44,219 bases of DNA from Candidatus Micrarchaeota archaeon (GCA_027449585.1 DAIDLJ010000005.1:1-44219), one strand, 5' to 3'; counted from the stretch's first letter, positions 17,842-27,346 are shown. Program-made: numbers and translations. The notes: generated by a model not told the origin, from the letters alone.

Positions 17842-18720
17842 CTACAATACGCTAAGTATCAATGCGCCGACAAGCATGACAAGAAGCCCGATCAGCTGTA
17901 GCCTGGTCAGCTTGTCCTTGTATATCACGAATGCAAGGAAGGATACCACCATTGGCTGGAGGGCGACAAGCGCAGCGCCGATCGCAAGGACCGAGCTTCC
18001 GGAGGTTATCCCGAATATCGTATCTCCAGACGCATCAGCAAAGGAGGCGATGGAGACGAGTATCAACAGCACTGCTGCCGTCCTGTTAGTCCTTATTCGC
18101 GATGGCAAGGAGGCGAGGCTTGAAACGGCGTCTCTGTCTGAAAGCAGGTAGATGAGAGTGACTGGGAGGCTTATTACTCTTGATATAAGTATGGGAAGCG
18201 CGAATGTTTTCGCGGAGATCACCGAGTAGGAGATTATCATCCAGTAGATGGCCCAGGACACCACCGCAAGAATTGCGGGAATCATCCTCGTGTTTATCTC
18301 CAGTTTTTCAGTTATTATCGTCATAAGTGTTCCGAGAGCTATTATAATTATGCCTGCGGACTGCACCTGATTTATCCTCTCGCCAAGTATGAAGAGGCCA
18401 AAGAGCAGGAGAAGCGCCGGCATTATCTCCTGCAGCGCGGAGACGCTTGAGAGATTCTCTGTCGATAGGGCCTTGAACCCGAATATGAATCCTACAGCGA
18501 GGAATACTCCGGCAACAACAGCAGTCTCTATGCCAAATGGCGATATTGAATATATGCCTATTATCATTGTGGCTATCAGCACGGGAATTAAGCTTACCAG
18601 CACGTAGAGGAATGCTGACACGTGTGTTCCAAGCCCCGTGGCCACCTTCTTGTTTATGGTACCGGATATTGTCCAGAGGACCATTGCGAGTATGGCGGCG
18701 GTTGTGCCCAAGAGAATCAT
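17842..18720 (-). CDS. EamA/DMT-superfamily transporter (10 TM)
   Basis: Two EamA-like 5-TM repeats in 292 aa. Confidence 0.8.
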   Translation of the reverse strand: MILLGTTAAILAMVLWTISGTINKKVATGLGTHVSAFLYVLVSLIPVLIATMIIGIYSISPFGIETAVVAGVFLAVGFIFGFKALSTENLSSVSALQEIMPALLLLFGLFILGERINQVQSAGIIIIALGTLMTIITEKLEINTRMIPAILAVVSWAIYWMIISYSVISAKTFALPILISRVISLPVTLIYLLSDRDAVSSLASLPSRIRTNRTAAVLLILVSIASFADASGDTIFGITSGSSVLAIGAALVALQPMVVSFLAFVIYKDKLTRLQLIGLLVMLVGALILSVL

Positions 18721-18768
18721 TAAATCAACGGTTTGTCATTCTTACGAATAAGTGTCTTACTTTCATCA

Positions 18769-18840
18769 AGCCCTAGGAGGGGATCGAACCCCCGACTTCC
18801 GGTTTACAAAACCGGCGCTCTACCACTGAGCTACTAGGGC
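18769..18840 (-). tRNA. tRNA-Thr (anticodon UGU), 72 nt, no intron, CCA not encoded
   Basis: Hand-folded cloverleaf from the reverse complement. Acceptor stem GCCCTAG/CTAGGGC, D arm GCTC-AGTGGTA-GAGC, anticodon arm CCGGT-TTTGTAA-ACCGG, T arm GGGGG-TTCGATC-CCCTC, discriminator U. Confidence 0.9.
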
Positions 18841-18929
18841 ACACAGAGATACTTGTGCTAGAAAGCTTAAAAATGGATTAGGGATGGCTTGCGCTCAGGG
18901 AGATTAAAAATTGCAACAAATAATTGCAA

Positions 18930-19364
18930 TCACTCGCTGCTCCTGTTTGCGTAGAAGATCTGGTGTCTCTTTGGCTTGAGCTCCTGAACTATGTAGTTGA
19001 ATGCGGCGTGAGGATCCGAGTGCTCTCCGCAGGTGTATATGTCAAGAGTTGCGTACTTGTACTCGTTCCATGTGTGGAGCACCATATGGCTCTCTGTTAC
19101 GAGGGCTATCACAGAAACGCCACCTTTCTTCCCTCCGAAGGCCTTTGCGTCGATGCTCACAAGGGTCATCTTAGCCTTGTTTACGGCGTTTAGTATGAGC
19201 CCTTTAAGGTATATGGGATCCGAGGCGAGCTTTGGATCAAGCCCATAAAGATTGCCGAAGACGTGCAGTCCAACTATCCTGTCTTCCTTTTCCTTAGGAA
19301 CAGTTATCTGCACTTCCCTTCCCTTTAACCTTGGTTTCGCGTGTTGTGTCAAGAGTGTTGCCAT
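18930..19364 (-). CDS. speH: pyruvoyl-dependent S-adenosylmethionine decarboxylase proenzyme (SpeH class; an arginine decarboxylase paralog cannot be excluded)
   Basis: Self-processing site context [14 protein letters not shown]...LDIYTCG. 144 aa. Confidence 0.82.
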   Translation of the reverse strand: MATLLTQHAKPRLKGREVQITVPKEKEDRIVGLHVFGNLYGLDPKLASDPIYLKGLILNAVNKAKMTLVSIDAKAFGGKKGGVSVIALVTESHMVLHTWNEYKYATLDIYTCGEHSDPHAAFNYIVQELKPKRHQIFYANRSSE

Positions 19365-19485
19365 TTCATCTAGAACCTGGTTGTCTAACCAAACCCGTAG
19401 AATATTTAATTCAGTTTGTAATATGTAAGGGATAATAATTTAAATATATTACCCATGATTTGCGTAAAGGCTTACGCAGGTTGTT

Positions 19486-21639
19486 ATGAACATAAAAGAT
19501 TTGGATGGAAAGGTGCCGCGAGAGCTGATAGAATCGCTCACAAGTAGAGGCATCTATGAGCTTACGCCGCCGCAGAGGCTCTCGGTGGAATACGGCATCA
19601 CCTCTGGAGGGAACTTCGTGGTGGCCGCTCCGACGGCGAGCGGAAAGACGCTCATCGCCGAGATGGCAATGCTAAAGGCAGTGCTCTGGGACAGGAAGAA
19701 GGCAGTCTACATAGCGCCTATGCGCGCCCTTGTTAGGGAGAAGTACAACGACTTCAAGAAGGATTATCCTTACCTGAAGGTTGCGATGTCTATAGGGGAC
19801 CTGGACTCCCTGGACCGCTGGCTTGAGGATTACGACATAATACTCGCATCGACGGAGAAGCTTGACAGCCTGATACGCCACGGGCTCAACTGGCTTAGCG
19901 AGATAGGCTGCATAGTCGTCGACGAGGTGCACATGCTCGACGAGGAAGGAAGGGGACCTACGCTAGAGATACTTGTATCAAAGCTAAGGAGGCTCTGCCC
20001 CGGCGCCCAGATACTGGCACTGAGCGCGACGGTAGGCAATGCGAAGGAGATGGCCGAGTGGCTCTCGGCGCAGCTCATAGAAAGCGACTACAGGCCTGTT
20101 CTCCTCGAGCGCGGGATCGAGATAAACGGGAAGGCAGTGTACGACACCGGGCGGGAGGAGGATCTCGACAGCAAGAGCAGCATACCGGAGATAAGGGTTG
20201 CGGAGGACACGATAAACAAGGGGAAGCAGATAATAGTATTCTACGGGACGAAGAGGAACGCCGAAGCCGGCGCTGAGAAGCTGGGCGCGGCTATAGCAAA
20301 GAAACTTACCGAGGAGGACAGGGAGTACCTTAAGGCGCTTGGCGAGAAGGTTCTTGGTGTGCTTGGCAGGCCGACGATACAGTGCGAGCGCCTTGCAAAG
20401 GTGATACTGAAGGGAACGGCGTTCCACCACAGCGGACTTGTCAACGAGCAACGGGAGCTGGTCGAGGATGCATTCAAGTCCAACAGGATAAAGGCGATAG
20501 CTTCCACTACGACGCTTGGGCTTGGGATCAATATGCCGGCGCAGACCGTCCTGGTAAGGGACATTACAAGGTATGGCGAAGGGTACGGAAGCAATTACAT
20601 CGGAATAAACGAGGTCACGCAGCTATTTGGAAGAGCCGGGCGGCCCAAGTACGATAAGCAGGGAAGGGCATTTCTCATCGCAAGATCCAAGGGAGATGCG
20701 CAGGACCTCTACAACAGGTACATACTCTCGGATCTTGAGCCGGTAAAATCGAAGCTTGGTATACGGCCGGTGCTCAGGACGCACGTGCTCGCATTCGTGG
20801 CGACGAAATTCCTAACGAGCGAGGAGGCGATACTCGACTTCATGGGAAGCACTTTCTACGGATACCAGTATTCTGACAACAGGCAGCTAAAGGTGATGCT
20901 CGAAGGGATACTTGAGGAGCTTGAGGATTGGGGATTCATCGAGAAGCGCGCGAGCACATACAATGCAACACGCATCGGCCATAGGGTGAGCGAGCTTTAT
21001 ATAGATCCGCTCACGGCGAAGTGGATGCTGGACTCGATGCCGAAGATTACCGATGACATTTCAATACTCTTCATGATATGCAACACTGTGGAGATGCGGC
21101 CGTACGTAAGAGCTACGGAGGAGGCGGAGGAGCACTACTTCAATTACCAGTCGATGGTGGATAGCAGCATCGCCAGATACGATGCGAGCGAATCGATGTA
21201 TTACGATCCGGTTAGGCCATTTAGCACGGCGCTGATGCTAAATGATTGGGCATCCGAGAAGATTGAAAGGGAGATAATGAAGGATTACAGGACCACTCCC
21301 GGCGCGCTCTTTGCAAAGGTCACAAATGCTGACTGGCTGCTCTATGCAGGGATGGAGCTTGCAAAGATATCCCGGATAAACTCACTGAAGCTGCTTGAGA
21401 TGAGGATAAGGATAAAGTACGGCATAAAGAAGGAGCTTATGGACCTGGTGCGCCTTGAGCAGGTGGGACGCGTAAGGGCGCGCATGATGTTCAATGGTGG
21501 CATAAGGAAGGCGCATGACATAAAAAGGCCCGAGGCGCAGGATGCGATGCGCACCATGTTCGGCAAGGAGGTCGCAAACAGGATAATTGCGCAGGTAGTA
21601 GGGAGCGGATCTTACGAGGAGAAACTTGATGGAAAATGA
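19486..21639 (+). CDS. hel308: Hel308/Ski2-type ATP-dependent DNA helicase
   Basis: Walker A AAPTASGKT, DEVH box, SAT, HHSGL, and a C-terminal winged-helix/ratchet/HhH region. 717 aa. Confidence 0.9.
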   Translation: MNIKDLDGKVPRELIESLTSRGIYELTPPQRLSVEYGITSGGNFVVAAPTASGKTLIAEMAMLKAVLWDRKKAVYIAPMRALVREKYNDFKKDYPYLKVAMSIGDLDSLDRWLEDYDIILASTEKLDSLIRHGLNWLSEIGCIVVDEVHMLDEEGRGPTLEILVSKLRRLCPGAQILALSATVGNAKEMAEWLSAQLIESDYRPVLLERGIEINGKAVYDTGREEDLDSKSSIPEIRVAEDTINKGKQIIVFYGTKRNAEAGAEKLGAAIAKKLTEEDREYLKALGEKVLGVLGRPTIQCERLAKVILKGTAFHHSGLVNEQRELVEDAFKSNRIKAIASTTTLGLGINMPAQTVLVRDITRYGEGYGSNYIGINEVTQLFGRAGRPKYDKQGRAFLIARSKGDAQDLYNRYILSDLEPVKSKLGIRPVLRTHVLAFVATKFLTSEEAILDFMGSTFYGYQYSDNRQLKVMLEGILEELEDWGFIEKRASTYNATRIGHRVSELYIDPLTAKWMLDSMPKITDDISILFMICNTVEMRPYVRATEEAEEHYFNYQSMVDSSIARYDASESMYYDPVRPFSTALMLNDWASEKIEREIMKDYRTTPGALFAKVTNADWLLYAGMELAKISRINSLKLLEMRIRIKYGIKKELMDLVRLEQVGRVRARMMFNGGIRKAHDIKRPEAQDAMRTMFGKEVANRIIAQVVGSGSYEEKLDGK

Positions 21640-21653
21640 TGCTTGCATCTGCG

Positions 21654-21658
21654 TTTTT
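21654..21658 (+). terminator. oligo-T tract downstream of hel308 (candidate archaeal intrinsic terminator)
   Basis: T5 run in GCGTTTTTAA, 15 nt after the hel308 stop codon. Confidence 0.35.
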
Positions 21659-21771
21659 AAGCAAAAACTGGCGGTTTTGTATACGTAAAATCCGCAATAC
21701 GATAAAAAGGACTGAGGGAAAGCCTTATTAAAATGATTTGTATATGATAGTTTAGTCGTTAAAGGCGACTA

Positions 21772-22143
21772 GTGATTGAAATGGGAGTTTTCGACAAGCT
21801 TGGCCAAGCATTTGGAACCAGCAAAGAGATGAATATAGAGGAATACATGAATTCGGTGGAGATGGAGAACGTTGACCTTCTGCACGAGCCTGCAGACATG
21901 TACGTGAAGCCTGTCTCGATATCAAGCGAGGACGAGGTAAAGGCCATACAGGACGAGATATCAAGGAAGAACATAATACTTCTCGACATATCCGAGCTCA
22001 ACAAGAGACCCACGACAAGGAAGAACGTGATAGACGCACTCAAGGCATATGTGACGAAGCTTAATGGAGACATAGGCCAAATAGACGCCACCAGGATACT
22101 CATAACCCCTGCGAAAGTGAAGATAATAAAGAGGAAGAGATAA
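21772..22143 (+). CDS. sepF: archaeal SepF (DUF552) FtsZ-anchoring cell-division protein
   Basis: The N-terminus MGVFDKLGQAF (ATG 21781; the ORF track uses GTG 21772) could form an amphipathic helix. The C-terminal DUF552-like core is VKPVSISSEDEVKAIQDEISRKNIILLDISEL...ITPAKVKI. Confidence 0.75.
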   Translation: MIEMGVFDKLGQAFGTSKEMNIEEYMNSVEMENVDLLHEPADMYVKPVSISSEDEVKAIQDEISRKNIILLDISELNKRPTTRKNVIDALKAYVTKLNGDIGQIDATRILITPAKVKIIKRKR

Positions 22144-22147
22144 CCTC

Positions 22148-22831
22148 TTACTTCAGCGCGGTAATAAGGGCGTGCACCTCCTGCGCATTAGGCTGGGAGA
22201 TGTATACTAGGCGCCTAAATACGCCCCTTACTGCTTTTTTGTTTCTAATCCTTTTCTTTTCAGTAACCTTATCGAATAGTCTAAACAGGTAGTCTAGCTC
22301 CTTCTTGTCGGTCTTGCGGCTCAGGGTGTCATCATGGACAGGCTTGAAGCCCTTTGAGTTTAGGAGATATAGCAGTATCCCCAGGGCATGGGAGATGTTT
22401 AGCACTGGATAGTCTGGGTTCGTTCCGATGTATGCCACCATGTCGCATCGCTCAATCTCCTCCTTCGTTAGCCCTATGTCGTCGCGCCCTATCAGTATCG
22501 CGGCCTTCTTGTTCGGCCCTAGTTTTGATATCCGCTTTGCCATCTCCTCTATAAGATAGATCCTCTTGAAGCTTACCTTGGCCTTCCTCCATATGCCGGT
22601 GGTCCCGACGACCACATCGCAGTCGGATATCGCGGATTGCAGATTAGGATAGATCTTTGCATTCTCCAGCAGATCGCGCGCGTGCTTTGAGAACATTATG
22701 GCCCTCTGCCCTATCTTGGTGCGCGGCTTGACAAAAAAGAGCTGCTTTATGCCGAAGTTCTTTGATACCCTTGCTATGTATCCCAGATTTATCTGATACC
22801 TGGGCTGCACTATTATGATCTTGAATTTCAT
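22148..22831 (-). CDS. SPOUT (SpoU/TrmH group 1, TrmJ-like) RNA 2'-O-methyltransferase
   Basis: KIIIVQPRYQINLGYIARVSKNFG N-terminal motif and a SPOUT knot region (ILIGRDDIGLT...LNISHALGILLY). Confidence 0.8.
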   Translation of the reverse strand: MKFKIIIVQPRYQINLGYIARVSKNFGIKQLFFVKPRTKIGQRAIMFSKHARDLLENAKIYPNLQSAISDCDVVVGTTGIWRKAKVSFKRIYLIEEMAKRISKLGPNKKAAILIGRDDIGLTKEEIERCDMVAYIGTNPDYPVLNISHALGILLYLLNSKGFKPVHDDTLSRKTDKKELDYLFRLFDKVTEKKRIRNKKAVRGVFRRLVYISQPNAQEVHALITALK

Positions 22832-22839
22832 TCAGACCA

Positions 22840-23514
22840 CTAGATGAGGCTTAGCGCCGCTATCGTGTTAATGGCGATGTGAGCAAGCATGCTTGGGTAG
22901 ACCGATCCCGTCTTCTTGAAGATGTATCCTGCGATTATCCCGAATACGAAGGCGGCTATCATCTCGACTCCGAACGTGGACATGTAGCTATAATGCGCCA
23001 GCCCGAAGAGAATCGCGCTTGGGATTATCCCGAGCCTTGGCACGAGAAAGCTCCTAAAGAGCAGCTCCTCGTTTATCGGCTCTATCACCGCTATGAACAC
23101 TAGGAACCAGGTCGGCGCGCCGGAGAACACCTGGCTTACGTTGGTGTTTATGGTGGTATTGGTAACATATCCGGCAAGATTTACGACCATCTCAAGCAGT
23201 AGCACTATCACAAATAGCATGACGGCTAGTAGAAGCTTGTACCGCACGCCCTTTGATGCAAGCCCGAGACTTTTGAATATCTCCGAGCCGCTGACGCCTT
23301 TGTAGACCATCAAGTAGACTATTACGGCTATTGAAAGGGGCAGCAGAGATGCCACATTGCCAAGGAAGTTGAAGTTGTTCTGGCTGATGTAACCGTACTG
23401 GTAGATCAGGGTAATTGCCGCAGAGAACAAAGTAGAGAGCACTGCGTAGATTAGAAGGTATACGAGCAGCCCGTAGATGCCTTGGACTATCTCCTGCTTT
23501 GACTGCAAAGGCAT
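22840..23514 (-). CDS. CPBP-family intramembrane glutamic protease (CAAX protease/Abi)
   Basis: Motifs EPINEELLFRSF, FGLAHY and HIAIN within a polytopic protein. I trimmed the start to ATG 23514, because the longer ORF (to 23565) would overlap the S27ae gene. Confidence 0.8.
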   Translation of the reverse strand: MPLQSKQEIVQGIYGLLVYLLIYAVLSTLFSAAITLIYQYGYISQNNFNFLGNVASLLPLSIAVIVYLMVYKGVSGSEIFKSLGLASKGVRYKLLLAVMLFVIVLLLEMVVNLAGYVTNTTINTNVSQVFSGAPTWFLVFIAVIEPINEELLFRSFLVPRLGIIPSAILFGLAHYSYMSTFGVEMIAAFVFGIIAGYIFKKTGSVYPSMLAHIAINTIAALSLI

Positions 23515-23522
23515 CCCTGCAT

Positions 23523-23675
23523 TCACTTCTGGCTCTTGAACTCTGTGTAGAAGCACTTGCCGCATGCGAGCCTATCCGCATGCACAGCCATCCTGGCCCC
23601 GCACTTTGGACAGAACTTTACCGCAGGCTTGTACTTGAATGCGAGTTTCTTTTCCTTTTTTGGTGCATCTGCCAT
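23523..23675 (-). CDS. rps27ae: 30S ribosomal protein S27ae (eS31), 50 aa zinc ribbon; absent from the supplied ORF track
   Basis: Hand translation gives [50 protein letters not shown]. It has a CPKC...CGKC zinc ribbon and lies immediately downstream of S24e, as in the conserved archaeal S24e-S27ae pair. Confidence 0.85.
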   Translation of the reverse strand: MADAPKKEKKLAFKYKPAVKFCPKCGARMAVHADRLACGKCFYTEFKSQK

Positions 23676-23684
23676 AGTCACACC

Positions 23685-23996
23685 TTATGTTGCAGTGGCC
23701 GTGCTCTTGGCTGCGGCCTTCTTGCCCTTCTCGCCTCTCTTCTTGACGAGCTTTGCCATCGTCTGGGCATCCGTGTATGAATAAGCGGTTATGTCGCTGA
23801 CCCTCAGGCCGTACTGCTGCTTTATCTCCCTTATCTCCACAAGTGCCGGATCTAGATTTAGCTTCTTGCACAATTGCTCCTTTACCTCGTCCTTCGTGGG
23901 CGTCTTGTCAGTATAAGTCGCTGTCGCGGATACCTCTCTCCTGCCCAGAAGCTTGTTCTCATTGTCGCTGTTTACCTTAAGTTCCATATTATCCAC
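23685..23996 (-). CDS. rps24e: 30S ribosomal protein S24e (eS24)
   Basis: MELKV..ENKLLGRREV...TPTKDEVKEQL is typical of S24e. The likely ATG at 23987 lies 1 nt after the aIF5A stop. Confidence 0.9.
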   Translation of the reverse strand: MDNMELKVNSDNENKLLGRREVSATATYTDKTPTKDEVKEQLCKKLNLDPALVEIREIKQQYGLRVSDITAYSYTDAQTMAKLVKKRGEKGKKAAAKSTATAT

Positions 23997-24393
23997 CTCC
24001 CATTACCCTTGATATTGCCCTCTTGCCCATGCTCTCCATTACCTCGACCTCTGATCCCGCCTTCACGGAGTCCTTTAGGTCTTCAGGAACTGGAAGTTCA
24101 TATGTGTCGTAGGACTCAAGGTCCATGAGTTGAGCGTGATTTTCGGTTATAGATACCACCTGGGCCTTCTTCTTGTTTATCACTGGCACCTCTATGTCTG
24201 CGTCGCTTGGTTTGAGCAGTGTCTTCTTTGATCCGTCGAATATACCTACAGCAGTGACCCTCATCTTTGCCGCGCCGTGCTTTCCTGGTGAGGAGACGTC
24301 TATCTCGACCACCCTGCAAGGCACGCCGTCTATGAGCAGGAATCTTCCAGGCCTTAGGTCCTTCATCGAACCGTAGGTTATATCTTCGGGCAA
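23989..24393 (-). CDS. eif5a: translation initiation factor 5A (aIF5A), hypusine-containing
   Basis: Hypusination loop SSPGKHGAAKMRV and a C-terminal OB fold. The ORF-track start is TTG; an alternative ATG (MKDLRPG) lies 9 codons in. Confidence 0.9.
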   Translation of the reverse strand: MPEDITYGSMKDLRPGRFLLIDGVPCRVVEIDVSSPGKHGAAKMRVTAVGIFDGSKKTLLKPSDADIEVPVINKKKAQVVSITENHAQLMDLESYDTYELPVPEDLKDSVKAGSEVEVMESMGKRAISRVMGGG

Positions 24394-24466
24394 ATTATCA
24401 CGCTAACTTCATACAAATTCAAGTTTAAATACTTAACGACTATCCTCTTTGCCTGCGCGGGCGCGC

Positions 24467-25123
24467 TCACTTTGCAATCCTCCTGATGCGTATACTTGCC
24501 ATTGAACTTATCTCAAATCCGCTGTGCTCTATTACCACATAGCCTAAAGAGTTCTCGTTGAAATACTTCGCATCCCTGTTAAACGTGCCGCAGAAGGTGG
24601 TCCTTGTGATCCCGACCTTTCCCAGGTAGTGCATGTGGCCTATGAAGAGATAACGCCTGTCTGCCAAGAGCGCAAGTCGGGCCCACACGCTTACTAGCGG
24701 CGGTATGTAGTAGTGGATATTGTTTGCAACTGAGAAGAGTATTATTTTCTTTCCGAGCATCTCTAGACTGTGCGATCGTTCCACGTTGCCATGCGAAAAG
24801 AGCAGATTTCCAATCGCGTACCTAAAGTGCTCCTCCTTGCCGTTTAGGGTCTTGAGGGATTTGATGTAATTTAGCACCGCTTTTTTGTCCTTTAGATGCG
24901 CGTAGTCCTCGTCTCCCAGCATCAGGGCGGTCTTTTTGAGCGAAAACTTGCCTGACAACAAAGAGATGAACTCCTTATAGAGCCTCACCGATCCCGATTC
25001 CTTCGGATCTATATTATCCCCCAGAAGCACCAGATGATCCGGCCTCTCCTTCCTTATTATGGCCGCTAGTTCACTTATCCCTCCGCCGCGATAATGCAGG
25101 TCTGATATTACAAGAAGTTTCAT
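24467..25123 (-). CDS. calcineurin-like metallophosphoesterase
   Basis: Motifs VISDLHY, LLGDNID, SHGNVE and GHMHY. 218 aa. Confidence 0.78.
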   Translation of the reverse strand: MKLLVISDLHYRGGGISELAAIIRKERPDHLVLLGDNIDPKESGSVRLYKEFISLLSGKFSLKKTALMLGDEDYAHLKDKKAVLNYIKSLKTLNGKEEHFRYAIGNLLFSHGNVERSHSLEMLGKKIILFSVANNIHYYIPPLVSVWARLALLADRRYLFIGHMHYLGKVGITRTTFCGTFNRDAKYFNENSLGYVVIEHSGFEISSMASIRIRRIAK

Positions 25124-25205
25124 TGGACCACACAGTAATTAGGGATTATAAAAATAAATGGGAGAGAGCACGGCGCTCCCTCCGCTAAGTAAGATGCAGG
25201 CCTGT

Positions 25206-26225
25206 TCAGTAGAGCTTGCCTATGCTCTCTACGTTCAGAGCAGCAACCTTCTCCGCTTCCTTTGCCCGCTCTCCGAACTTTGCCTTGACTCCGGTCACTA
25301 CTGACATGACGCGCACCTCGTCCTTGAGCTCTGGAAGCATTCTTGCTCCGAAGATGACATTGGCATTGCCAGCGACGCCTTCAGTGACGCCCTCCCCTAT
25401 CTGAGTTGCATCGCTGATGGTCAGGTTCGATCCTCCAACTACCTGTATGAGCCCTCCCTTTGCCCCATCGTAATCTACTGAGAGCAATGGGTGGGACCTG
25501 GTAGAGGCGATTGCCTGCGCCACTCTGTCTGTTCCCCTTCCGTATCCGAGGCTTATGACAGCAGTTCCGGTGTTTCTTACAACGTTCTTAAGATCAGCAA
25601 AGTCCAAGTTGATAAGGCTAGGCAGAGTTATGCAGTCGGCTATTCCCTTCACCGCATTGCCAGTGACATTGTCGACGACCTCGAATGCCCTCTCTATAGG
25701 TAGATTCGGCACATAAGAGAGAAGCTTGTCGTTCTCTATCACTATTGTGCAGTCAGCCTCCTTATTGAGCTGCTCGAGCCCCCAGTCAGCCTTGAATCTT
25801 CTGCTCCTTTCAAGCGAGAATGGATATGTCACAGTGGCGATCACTGTAGCTCCCATCTCCCTTGCGACTCTTGCAACTACTGGTGCTGCCCCGGTTCCGG
25901 TTCCTCCTCCCATTCCTGCGGCCACGAAGACGAGATTGTACCCTTCAAGGGCGGTCTCTATCTCTCCGCGGCTCACATCTGCGCACTTTGCAGCCACTTC
26001 TGGGAAGCCTCCGGCGCCAAGTCCGTTGGTTATCTCCTTGCCTATGAGCAGCTTCTTGTTGGCCTTTATCATGTTGAGGTGGCCTATGTCCGTATTAACG
26101 GCCACCGTGTCTGCACTCTTTATCCCATACCCAAATAGCCTGTTTACCAGGTTACTTCCCTGACCTCCTACCCCAACCACAGCTATCTTTGGGGTGAAGG
26201 CATCATAGTCGAATTGGTCAACCAT
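25206..26225 (-). CDS. ftsZ: cell division GTPase FtsZ (second paralog, FtsZ2-like)
   Basis: GVGGQGSN, tubulin signature GMGGGTGTGAAPV, and T7 loop NLDFADL. 339 aa. Confidence 0.9.
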   Translation of the reverse strand: MVDQFDYDAFTPKIAVVGVGGQGSNLVNRLFGYGIKSADTVAVNTDIGHLNMIKANKKLLIGKEITNGLGAGGFPEVAAKCADVSRGEIETALEGYNLVFVAAGMGGGTGTGAAPVVARVAREMGATVIATVTYPFSLERSRRFKADWGLEQLNKEADCTIVIENDKLLSYVPNLPIERAFEVVDNVTGNAVKGIADCITLPSLINLDFADLKNVVRNTGTAVISLGYGRGTDRVAQAIASTRSHPLLSVDYDGAKGGLIQVVGGSNLTISDATQIGEGVTEGVAGNANVIFGARMLPELKDEVRVMSVVTGVKAKFGERAKEAEKVAALNVESIGKLY

Positions 26226-26261
26226 ATCAAGTCACCAAATTGTGATATGAAGGCAAGGCCC

Positions 26262-27305
26262 TCATATCATGTCCAGGCCTCCATACTTTACCTGTTGTGG
26301 CTCGTCAGCGAACTTTCCGACTATGCTGGATCCCTTTACTCCTGTCACTATGGCAACTATCTCTAGCTGGCCTTCGTATCCAGGTATGATCCTCGCGCCC
26401 CACTTGACGTTTGCCTTTGGATCCATCCTTTCGGTTATGATCTCTCCGGCCTTTATTGCGTCACCAAGGCTCAGGTCAGATGCGCCTGATATGTGGATTA
26501 GTGCTCCCTTCGCGTTCTCGAAGTCTACATCAAGAAGCTTGTTCTTTAGGACCGCCTCAGCCGCAGAGCCAACCTTGTCGTTGCCCTTTCCTGTTCCGAC
26601 TGATATGAATCCTACGTCTCCGCTTCCCATGATCGACCTTACGTCTGCGAAGTCTATGTTGATCAGGCTTGGCTGGGTTATTGTCCAGACAAGTCCGCCT
26701 ATTGCCTTTGCGAGTATGTCATCCGCAACTGCGAATGCCTCGTTCATTGGCAGGTTTGGAACAAGCTTCACGAGCCTGTTGTTGTCCAGAAGTATCACGC
26801 TGTCGCTGAACTTCCTTAGCCTCTGGATTCCCTCCTCTGCCTTTACCTTTCTCACTCTTTCGAGGTCGAATGGATAAGTGACCATAGATACCACTATTGC
26901 GCCCTGCTCCTTTGCTATCTGCGCAATCACAGGTATTGCTCCGGTTCCGGTTCCTCCTCCCATACCAGCGCATAGGAAGACGAGCTGTGCTCCTCCGAGG
27001 ACCTCTTCTAGCTGCTGCCTGTCGGCCTCTGCGGCCTTTGCACCAACTTCAGGGTCTCCTCCTGCTCCAAGACCTCGTGTCATGCTCTTTCCTATAAGTA
27101 TCTTCTTTATCCTGTCGTCAACTATCTTGAAGTGCGTTACGTCAGTGTTGACCGCAACTAGTTCAGTCCCCTTGACACCCACTTTCAGTAATCGGTTTAC
27201 GGTGTTGTTACCTCCGCCTCCTACCCCTATAGTCACTATCTTTATCTGCGGAGCGCCGCTCGCGCTCTCCTCGCTTCTACTCAAATCATTGCCGAATTCT
27301 ACCAT
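26262..27305 (-). CDS. ftsZ: cell division GTPase FtsZ (FtsZ1-like)
   Basis: GVGGGGNN, GMGGGTGTGAIPV, and T7 loop NIDFADV. 347 aa. Confidence 0.9.
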   Translation of the reverse strand: MVEFGNDLSRSEESASGAPQIKIVTIGVGGGGNNTVNRLLKVGVKGTELVAVNTDVTHFKIVDDRIKKILIGKSMTRGLGAGGDPEVGAKAAEADRQQLEEVLGGAQLVFLCAGMGGGTGTGAIPVIAQIAKEQGAIVVSMVTYPFDLERVRKVKAEEGIQRLRKFSDSVILLDNNRLVKLVPNLPMNEAFAVADDILAKAIGGLVWTITQPSLINIDFADVRSIMGSGDVGFISVGTGKGNDKVGSAAEAVLKNKLLDVDFENAKGALIHISGASDLSLGDAIKAGEIITERMDPKANVKWGARIIPGYEGQLEIVAIVTGVKGSSIVGKFADEPQQVKYGGLDMI

Positions 27306-27333
27306 GTGATCGCCAATAACAATCTTCGCAGGA

Positions 27334-27346
27334 ATATATTTATATA
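27334..27346 (-). promoter_or_regulatory. TATA-like element upstream of ftsZ1
   Basis: ATATATTTATATA lies about 30-40 nt upstream of the ftsZ1 ATG (27305), inside a 166-nt AT-rich divergent intergenic region. Confidence 0.35.

Noticed and set aside
18769-18840. tRNA-Thr as a possible integration site of a mobile element.
   Set aside because: There is no integrase, no duplicated tRNA 3' segment that I could find in the window, and the flanking genes are ordinary transporters and speH.
19461-19478. Small hairpins just upstream of start codons: TGCGTAA-AGGC-TTACGCA before hel308, and TAGTCG-TTAAAGG-CGACTA at 21753..21771 before sepF. Both have TAAAGGC in or near the loop.
   Set aside because: The stems are only 6-7 bp, and the shared heptamer also occurs inside coding regions (Leu-Lys-Ala codons). 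This is too little evidence for a common regulatory element without comparative data.
23572-23871. 99-aa minus-strand ORF spanning the S27ae/S24e region.
   Set aside because: It is out of frame with both ribosomal protein genes. Its translation is Gly/Arg/Lys/Glu-rich, and the S24e and S27ae frames explain the region fully.
25891-25913. 23-nt stretch identical to 26941..26963 (CCGGTTCCGGTTCCTCCTCCCAT), shared between the two ftsZ genes. Considered as possible gene conversion or a repeat element.
   Set aside because: It encodes the invariant tubulin signature MGGGTGTG using the host's preferred GGA/ACC codons. The flanking sequence diverges immediately, so protein constraint plus codon bias suffices.
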